A stretch of DNA of 64,000 bases, taken from contig OZ024741.1 in NCBI GenBank assembly GCA_964016885.1, positions 268,150,001-268,214,000 of the forward strand. The letters run 5' to 3'. A model generated the notes under the pieces. It did no database searches. It saw nothing but the letters and a program-made list of their open reading frames with translations, and was not told the origin of the DNA. Numbering within the stretch: the stretch's first letter is position 1; every line of letters starts with the position of its first letter. Both the position numbers and the translations under genes were made by a program. This DNA is from Eledone cirrhosa. Its lineage: Eukaryota. Positions 54,843-64,000 of this stretch are shown here, one piece after another.

Positions 54843-54900
54843 ATACTATGATCATTTCAATGACCGGGTTCCGTATAAATCCGGTGATATCATCAAGTAT
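54843..54900 (-). ncRNA. Hammerhead motif with C3U core variant
   Basis: Minus strand reads atac-TTGATGA-tatcaccgg...ccggtcatt-GAAA-tgatca-TA-gtat. Stem III ATGATCAT is palindromic. Confidence 0.6.
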
Positions 54901-55180
54901 TCGAAATATAATACGTGAATGTAATAGATAAAATCCATGGGGCTGAAAATCGATATATATTAACATATATATATATATTAACATAGTGCTTTCATTTTAT
55001 AGATCAGCTTGCATTGATCACATGGCTTTATATGTCTATATTGAATAAAATAACAAAACTCAAATTCTTAGATTCATCAGCCAGCCTGAGGGTGAACCCT
55101 CTACTCATATTTCCTTTCACTCTAGGATTGCTTATCAAAGACCACCACCTGCAGTGAAAAGTCAAGTGATGACATGAAGG

Positions 55181-55303
55181 ATGTCTAATAAAGAGATTGA
55201 TATCAAAGTAGTTCTTTTAGGAACTGCCATGGTTGGAAAAACCAGTTTAGTGGACAGATATCTACATGAAAGATATCTTGGAGATTCAGTACCTTACCAA
55301 AAT
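55181..55303 (+). CDS. RAB24: Rab24-like small GTPase, first coding exon
   Basis: Translates [41 protein letters not shown], with a P-loop GxxxxGKT and the Rab24-type PYQN. It ends at a phase-0 gtaagt donor (55304). An upstream acceptor (ttcctttcactctag, AG 55124-55125) implies an earlier non-coding exon. Confidence 0.92.
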
Positions 55304-55309
55304 GTAAGT

Positions 55310-56075
55310 ATATTCCTGGTGACTATGGGGTTTTGGTATATTGTGGTTACTATGTGGTGTGTTGTGGTGACTGTATGGGGTTGTGAAGACTGTATGAGAT
55401 TTTAGTGTGTTGTGGTGACTGAGATTTTGGTGTGTGATGACTGTATGAGATATCAGTGTGTTGTGGTGACTATAAGGAGTGTTGTGATGATTATATGGGG
55501 TTGCTGTGACTATAAGGAGTGTTGTCATGATTATATGGGGTTGCTGTGACTATAAGGAGTGTTGTTATGACTATGGGGTTGTGGTGACTATAAGAAGTGT
55601 TGTTATGACTATGGAGTTGTGGTGACTATAAGGAGTGCTGTTATGACTGTATGGAGTTGTGGTGACTATAAGGAGTGTTGTGGTGACTGTATGGAGTTGT
55701 GGTGTCTATAAGGAGTGTTGTGGTGACTATAAGGAGTGTTGTTATGACTGTATGGGGTTGTGGTGACTATAAGGAGTGTTGTGGTGACTGTATGGAGTTG
55801 TGGTGTCTATAAGGAGTGTTGTGGTGACTATAAGGAGTGTTGTTATGACTGTATGGGGTTGTGGTGACTATAAGGAGTGTTGTGATGACTGTATGGGGTT
55901 GTGGTGACTATAAGGAGTGTTGTGGTGACTGTATGGAGTTGTGGTGACTATAAGGAGTGTTGTGGTGACTGTATGGAGTTGTGGTGACTATAAGGAGTGT
56001 TGTGGTGACTGTATGTGGTTGTGGTGACTGTATGAGGTTTTAGTTTGTTTAACTATAAAGGTGTTGTGGTGATTG
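55310..56075. repeat. GT-rich ~19-21/40-bp minisatellite in Rab24 intron
   Basis: Units gtggtgactataaggagtgtt and gtggtgactgtatggagtt. Confidence 0.92.
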
Positions 56076-56255
56076 TATGCGGATGTTCATCACAACCACT
56101 ACAATCAACAACACTATCTCCATCATCATTAAGACCACTATCTTAACCACCACTATCATTATCAGCATCATCAAGGTATGTTCCCCCATCACCATCCCAC
56201 ATTGCATCACGTTACCCCACCCCCACTGTATTTATATTCTTTCTGTCTTCTACAG

Positions 56256-56324
56256 ACAATCGGTGGTGCCTTTGGTCAGAAGAAGGTGGAAGTCAATGGA
56301 AAGGTCATCCGTTTAGGCATTTGG
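56256..56324 (+). CDS. RAB24: Rab24-like GTPase, second coding exon
   Basis: Acceptor ttctttctgtcttctacag. Translates TIGGAFGQKKVEVNGKVIRLGIW (switch I TIGxAF and the LGIW strand). Phase-0 gtaagt donor, in frame with both neighbours. Confidence 0.93.
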
Positions 56325-56514
56325 GTAAGTGGATATGTTTTGTGTTGCCATGGTAACATGCGGATATGTATTGTGTTACCATAGGAATGTGATTCATGTT
56401 GTGTTACCATGGTGACCTCGTCCAACTAGAAGTGTCTTGTGTTACTATAGTAACATATGAAATACATTTGCTGTTTGAGTTCAGAGTTGATGGTCAGACA
56501 TAGATACATTGGTT

Positions 56515-59500
56515 TGTAACCTCACCTCACTGTCACACCACACCACACCTCACCTCACTGTCACACTACACCGTCACACCACACCTCACCTCACTGTCAC
56601 ACCACACCACACCTCACCTCACTGTCACACTACACCGTCACACCACACCTCACCTCACTGTCACTACACACCTCACTGTCACACCACACCTCACCTCACT
56701 GTCACTACACACCGCACCGTCACACCACACTACACCTCACTGTCACACCACACCTCACCTCACATCACACTATACTTCACTGTCACACCACACTACACCT
56801 CACTGTCACATCACACCACACCTCACTGTCACATCACACCGCACCTCACTGTCACACCACACCTCACCTCACATCATACTATACTTCACTGTCACATCAC
56901 ACCACACCTCACTTCACTGTCACATCACACCACACCTCACTGTCACACCACACCTCACCTCACATCACACTATACTTCACTGTCACATCACACCACACCT
57001 CACTGTCACACCACACCTCACTTCACTGTCACATCACACCACACCTCACTGTCACACCACACTACATCTCACTGTCACATCACACCACACCTCACTGTCA
57101 CACCACACCTCACTTCACTGTCACACCACACTACACCTCACTGTCACACCTCACCTCACATCACACTATACTTCACTGTCACATCACACCACACCTCACT
57201 GTCACACCACACCTCACTTCACTGTCACATCACACCACACCTCACTGTCACACCACACCACACCTCACTGTCACACCACACCTCACTTCACTGTCACACC
57301 ACACCTCACTTCACTGTCACACCACACCTCACCTCACACCACACCTCACTTCACTGTCACACCACACCTCACTTCACTGTCACACCACACCTCACCTCAC
57401 TGTCACATCACACCACACCTCACTATACACCCACACCACACCTCACTATCCACCCACACCACACCTCACTATCCACCCACACCTCACCTCACTGTCACAT
57501 CAAACCACACCTCACTATACACCCACACCACACCTCACTATCCACCCACACCTCACTATCCACCCACACCTCACCTCACTATCCACCCACACCTCACCTC
57601 ACTATCCACCCACACCTCACCTCACTATCCACCCACACCTCACCTCACTATCCACCCACACCACACCTCACTATCCACCCACACCACACCTCACTACCCA
57701 CACCACACCTCACTATCCACCCACACCACACCTCACTATCCACCCACACCACCTCACTATCCACCCACACCTCACCTCACTATCCACCCACACCTCACCT
57801 CACTATCCACCCACACCACACCTCACTATCTACCCACACCACACCTCACTATCCACCCACACCACACCTCACTATCCACCCACACCACACCTCACTATCC
57901 ACCCACACCTCACCTCACTATCCACCCACACCTCACCTCACTATCCACCCACACCTCACCTCACTATCCACCCCATCTCACCTCACTATCCACCCACACC
58001 TCACCTCACTATCCACCCACACCACACCTCACTATCTACCCACACCACACCTCACTATCCACCCACACCTCACCTCACTATCCACCCACACCACACCTCA
58101 CTATCCACCCACACCTCACCTCACTATCCACCCACACCTCACCTCACTATCCACCCCATCTCACCTCACTATCCACCCACACCTCACCTCACTATCCACC
58201 CACACCTCACCTCACTATCCACCCCATCTCACCTCACTATCCACCCACACCTCACCTCACTATCCACCCACACCTCACCTCACTATCCACCCCATCTCAC
58301 CTCACTATCCACCCACACCTCACCTCACTATCCACCCACACCTCACCTCACTATCCACCCACACCACACCTCACTATCTACCCACACCACACCTCACTAT
58401 CCACCCACACCACACCTCACTATCTACCCACACAGACCTCACTATCCACCCACACCACACCTCACTATCCACCCACACCTCACTATCCACCCACACCACA
58501 CCTCACTATCCACCCACACCACACCTCACTATCCACCCACACCTCACCTCACTATCCACCCACACCTCACCTCACTATCCACCCACACCTCACCTCACTA
58601 TCCACCCACACCTCACCTCACTATCCACCCCATCTCACCTCACTATCCACCCACACCTCACCTCACTATCCACCCACACCACACCTCACTATCTACCCAC
58701 ACCACACCTCACTATCCACCCACACCACACCTCACTATCCACCCACACCACACCTCACTATCCACCCACACCTCACCTCACTATCCACCCACACCTCACC
58801 TCACTATCCACCCACACCACACCTCACTATCCAGCCACACCTCACCTCACTATCCACCCCATCTCACCTCACTATCCACCCACACCTCACCTCACTATCC
58901 ACCCACACCTCACTATCCACCCACACCTCACCTCACTATCCACCCACACCTCACCTCACTATCCACCCACACCACACCTCACTATCCACCCACACCACAC
59001 CTCACTATCCACCCACACCTCACCTCACTATCCACCCCATCTCACCTCACTATCCACCCACACCTAACCTCACTATCCACCCACACCTCACCTCACTATC
59101 CACCCACACCTCACCTCACTATCCACCCACACCTCACCTCACTATCCACCCACACCTCACCTCACTATCCACCCACACCTCACCTCACTATCCACCCACA
59201 CCTCACCTCACTATCCACCCACACCACACCTCACTATCCACCCACACCTCACCTCACTATCCACCCACACCACACCTCACTATCCACCCACACCTCACCT
59301 CACTATCCACCCACACCACACCTCACTATCCACCCACACCACACCTCACTATCCACCCACACCACACCTCACTATCCACCCACACCTCACCTCACTATCC
59401 ACCCCATCTCACCTCACTATCCACCCACACCTCACCTCACTATCCACCCACACCTCACCTCACTATCCACCCACACCTCACCTCACTATCCACCCACACC

Positions 59501-62500
59501 ACACCTCACTATCCACCCACACCACACCTCACTATCCACCCACACCTCACCTCACTATCCACCCCATCTCACCTCACTATCCACCCACACCTCACCTCAC
59601 TATCCACCCACACCTCACCTCACTATCCACCCACACCTCACCTCACTATCCACCCACACCTCACCTCACTATCCACCCACACCTCACCTCACTATCCACA
59701 CCACACCTCATCTCACTATCCACACCACACCTCACTACCCACACCACACCTCACTATCCACCCACACCACACCTCACTATCCACCCACACCTCACCTCAC
59801 TATCCACCCACACCTCACCTCACTATCCACCCACACCACACCTCACTATCTACCCACATCTCACCTCACTATCCACCCACACCTCACCTCACTATCCACC
59901 CCATCTCACCTCACTATCCACCCACACCTCACCTCACTATCCACCCACACCTCACTATCCACCCACACCTCACCTCACTATCCACCCACACCACACCTCA
60001 CTATCTACCCACACCACACCTCACTATCCACCCACACCTCACCTCACTATCCACCCACACCACACCTCACTATCCACCCACACCTCACCTCACTATCCAC
60101 CCCATCTCACCTCACTATCCACCCACACCTCACCTCACTATCCACCCACACCTCACCTCACTATCCACCCCATCTCACCTCACTATCCACCCACACCTCA
60201 CCTCACTATCCACCCACACCTCACCTCACTATCCACCCCATCTCACCTCACTATCCACCCACACCTCACCTCACTATCCACCCACACCTCACCTCACTAT
60301 CCACCCACACCACACCTCACTATCTACCCACACCACACCTCACTATCCACCCACACCACACCTCACTATCTACCCACACAGACCTCACTATCCACCCACA
60401 CCACACCTCACTATCCACCCACACCTCACTATCCACCCACACCACACCTCACTATCCACCCACACCACACCTCACTATCCACCCACACCTCACCTCACTA
60501 TCCACCCACACCTCACCTCACTATCCACCCACACCTCACCTCACTATCCACCCACACCTCACCTCACTATCCACCCACACCTCACCTCACTATCCACCCA
60601 CACCACACCTCACTATCTACCCACACCACACCTCACTATCCACCCACACCTCACCTCACTATCCACCCACACCTCACCTCACTATCCACCCACACCACAC
60701 CTCACTATCCACCCACACCTCACCTCACTATCCACCCACACCACACCTCACTATCCACCCACACCTCACCTCACTATCCACCCACACCTCACCTCACTAT
60801 CCACCCACACCACACCTCACTATCCACCCCCATCTCACCTCACTATCCACCCACACCACACCTCACTATCCACCCACACCTCACCTCACTATCCACCCAC
60901 ACCACACCTCACTATCCAGCCACACCTCACCTCACTATCCACCCCATCTCACCTCACTATCCACCCACACCTCACCTCACTATCCACCCACACCTCACTA
61001 TCCACCCACACCTCACCTCACTATCCACCCACACCACACCACACCTCACTATCCACCCACACCACACCTCACTATCCAGCCACACCTCACCTCACTATCC
61101 ACCCCATCTCACCTCACTATCCACCCACACCTCACCTCACTATCCACCCACACCTCACTATCCACCCACACCTCACCTCACTATCCACCCACACCTCACC
61201 TCACTATCCACCCACACCTCACCTCACTATCCACCCACACCTCACCTCACTATCCACCCACACCACACCTCACTATCCAGCCACACCTCACCTCACTATC
61301 CACCCACACCACACCTCACTATCCACCCACACCACACCTCACTATCCACCCACACCTCACCTCACTATCCACCCCATCTCACCTCACTATCCACCCACAC
61401 CTCACCTCACTATCCACCCACACCTCACCTCACTATCCACCCACACCTCACCTCACTATCCACCCACACCTCACCTCACTATCCACCCACACCTCACCTC
61501 ACTATCCACCCACACCTCACCTCACTATCCACCCACACCTCACCTCACTATCCACCCACACCTCACCTCACTATCCACCCACACCTCACCTCACTATCCA
61601 CCCACACCACACCTCACTATCCACCCACACCTCACCTCACTATCCACCCACACCTCACCTCACTATCCACCCACACCTCACCTCACTATCCACCCACACC
61701 ACAGCTCACTATCCACCCACACCACACCTCACTATCCACCCACACCTCACCTCACTATCCACCCACACCTCACCTCACTATCCACCCACACCTCACCTCA
61801 CTATCCACCCACACCACACCTCACTATCCACCCACACCACACCTCACTATCCACCCACACCTCACCTCACTATCCACCCCATCTCACCTCACTATCCACC
61901 CACACCTAACCTCACTATCCACCCACACCTCACCTCACTATCCACCCACACCTCACCTCACTATCCACCCACACCTCACCTCACTATCCACCCACACCTC
62001 ACCTCACTATCCACCCACACCTCACCTCACTATCCACCCACACCTCACCTCACTATCCACCCACACCACACCTCACTATCCACCCACACCTCACCTCACT
62101 ATCCACCCACACCACACCTCACTATCCACCCACACCTCACCTCACTATCCACCCACACCACACCTCACTATCCACCCACACCACACCTCACTATCCACCC
62201 ACACCACACCTCACTATCCACCCACACCTCACCTCACTATCCACCCCATCTCACCTCACTATCCACCCACACCTCACCTCACTATCCACCCACACCTCAC
62301 CTCACTATCCACCCACACCTCACCTCACTATCCACCCACACCTCACCTCACTATCCACCCACACCACACCTCACTATCCACCCACACCACACCTCACTAT
62401 CCACCCACACCTCACCTCACTATCCACCCCATCTCACCTCACTATCCACCCACACCTCACCTCACTATCCACCCACACCTCACCTCACTATCCACCCACA

Positions 62501-63440
62501 CCTCACCTCACTATCCACCCACACCTCACCTCACTATCCACCCACACCTCACCTCACTATCCACACCACACCTCACCTCACTATCCACACCACACCTCAC
62601 TATCCACACCACACCACACCTCACTATCTACCCACACCTCACCTCACTATCCACCCCATCTCACCTCACTATCCACCCACACCACACCTCACTATCCACC
62701 CACACCTCACCCCACTATTTACCCACACCACACCCCACTATTTACCCACACCACACCTCACTATCCACCCACACCACACCTCACTATCCACACCACACCC
62801 CACTATCCACCCACACCTCACTATCCACACCACACCCCACTATTTACCCACACCACACCCCACTATCCACACCACACCCCACTATCCACCCCATCTCACC
62901 TCACTATCCACCCACACCTCACTATCCACACCACACCCCACTATTTACCCACACCACACCCCACTATCCACCCACACTCACTATCCACACCACACCCCAC
63001 TATTTACCCACACCACACCCCACTATCCACCCACACCTCACTATCCACACCACACCCCACTATCCACCCACACCTCACTATCCACACCACACCCCACTAT
63101 CCACCCACACTCACTATCCACACCACACCTCACTATCCACCCACACCACACCCCACTATCCACCCACACCTCACTATCCACCCACACCTCACTATCCACA
63201 CCACACCCCACTATCCACCCACACCTCACTATCCACCCACACCTCACTATCCACACCACACCCCACTATCCACCCACACCCCACTATCCACCCACACCTC
63301 ACTATCCACCCACACCTCACTATCCACACCACACCTCACTATCCACACCTCACCACACCTCACTATCCACCCACACCTTACCTCACTATCCACACCACAC
63401 CTCACTATCCACACCACACCCCACTATTTACCCACAGTCA
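56515..63440. repeat. ~6.9-kb C/A-rich satellite (23-bp core unit) filling a Rab24 intron
   Basis: Unit cactatccacccacacc(t/a)cacct. cactgtcac variants at the 5' end and ccccactatttac variants at the 3' end. Confidence 0.97.
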
Positions 63441-63589
63441 CGTCACTGTTAACCATGTCTCTTTCTATCTACCCAAGGACACAACTGGTAGTAAAAGATC
63501 TGACCTCAGCTGCCACTAACACAGGTCAGTTAAGGTAACAGTTTTACTGTGGTTAACTCAATAACTGTATATCTCTTTCTGTCCCCCAG

Positions 63590-63736
63590 GATACAGCTGG
63601 TAGTGAACGATATGCATCTCTAACGCGCATGTACTACCGAGATGCAGGTGCAGCCATAGTGTGTTATGATCTATCGGATAAAAATACATTAGAGAGAGCC
63701 AGGTTTTGGATTGAAGAATTGAAGAACACTGAAGCT
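63590..63736 (+). CDS. RAB24: Rab24-like GTPase, third coding exon (gene continues beyond window)
   Basis: Acceptor ctctttctgtcccccag. Translates [57 protein letters not shown], with Ser in place of the catalytic Gln, is the Rab24 hallmark. gtaagt donor at 63737. Confidence 0.93.
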
Positions 63737-64000
63737 GTAAGTTGAATATTTAGTATTGGTCTTCACCCTCATTGTGATGTGTGATGTGTGGGTGTTTGCA
63801 TGTACATATCATCATCCACGCTAGCATGGGTAGTACCAGTTGTCCCGTTGTGAGAGATCAGGTTGGGGGACCGTGATTCGCTCACACAGGACTGATTTTG
63901 GATTGGTTTCTATGGTTAGATGCCCTTCTTAATGCCAACCACTTTTAAAGTGAAAACCATCATCATCATCATTGTTTAATGTACTTTCATGTGTTAGGCA

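Noticed and set aside
55181-55405. 74-aa ORF as a complete gene
   Set aside because: Rab similarity stops at the gtaagt donor at 55304; the remainder is intronic repeat.
56509-59067. 852-aa His/Thr/Pro-rich ORF
   Set aside because: It is a translation of a C/A-rich satellite that lacks stop codons by composition, and it lies inside a Rab24 intron.

Overview
AT-rich, repeat-dense animal genomic DNA. The SINE families and microsatellite style suggest a coleoid cephalopod such as an octopus, which is an inference. The only clear host gene is the 5' part of a spliced Rab24-like GTPase on the + strand (coding exons 55181-55303, 56256-56324 and 63590-63736; it continues past the window end). The rest is microsatellites, several minisatellite/satellite arrays (34, 40, 49, 54, ~40 and 23 bp units) and mobile-element debris. 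That debris includes three SINE families, RTE, CR1, R4-like and Vingi-like LINE fragments, Penelope-like (PLE) remnants, non-autonomous Helitrons, and piggyBac-like and Tc1/pogo-like MITEs. The most striking hidden structure is about a dozen type I hammerhead-ribozyme motifs, complete or partial, from several sequence-distinct families. Most lie in short non-coding elements inside (TA)n tracts that form long DNA palindromes. Roughly 30-60 nt 3' of the cleavage site, these elements share a covarying bulged stem-loop (ACTC-stem-loop-stem-WW-GAGT) that I do not recognise. One hammerhead lies in a ~372-nt terminally redundant, retrozyme-like unit. All structures were paired by eye and no folding program or database search was run.
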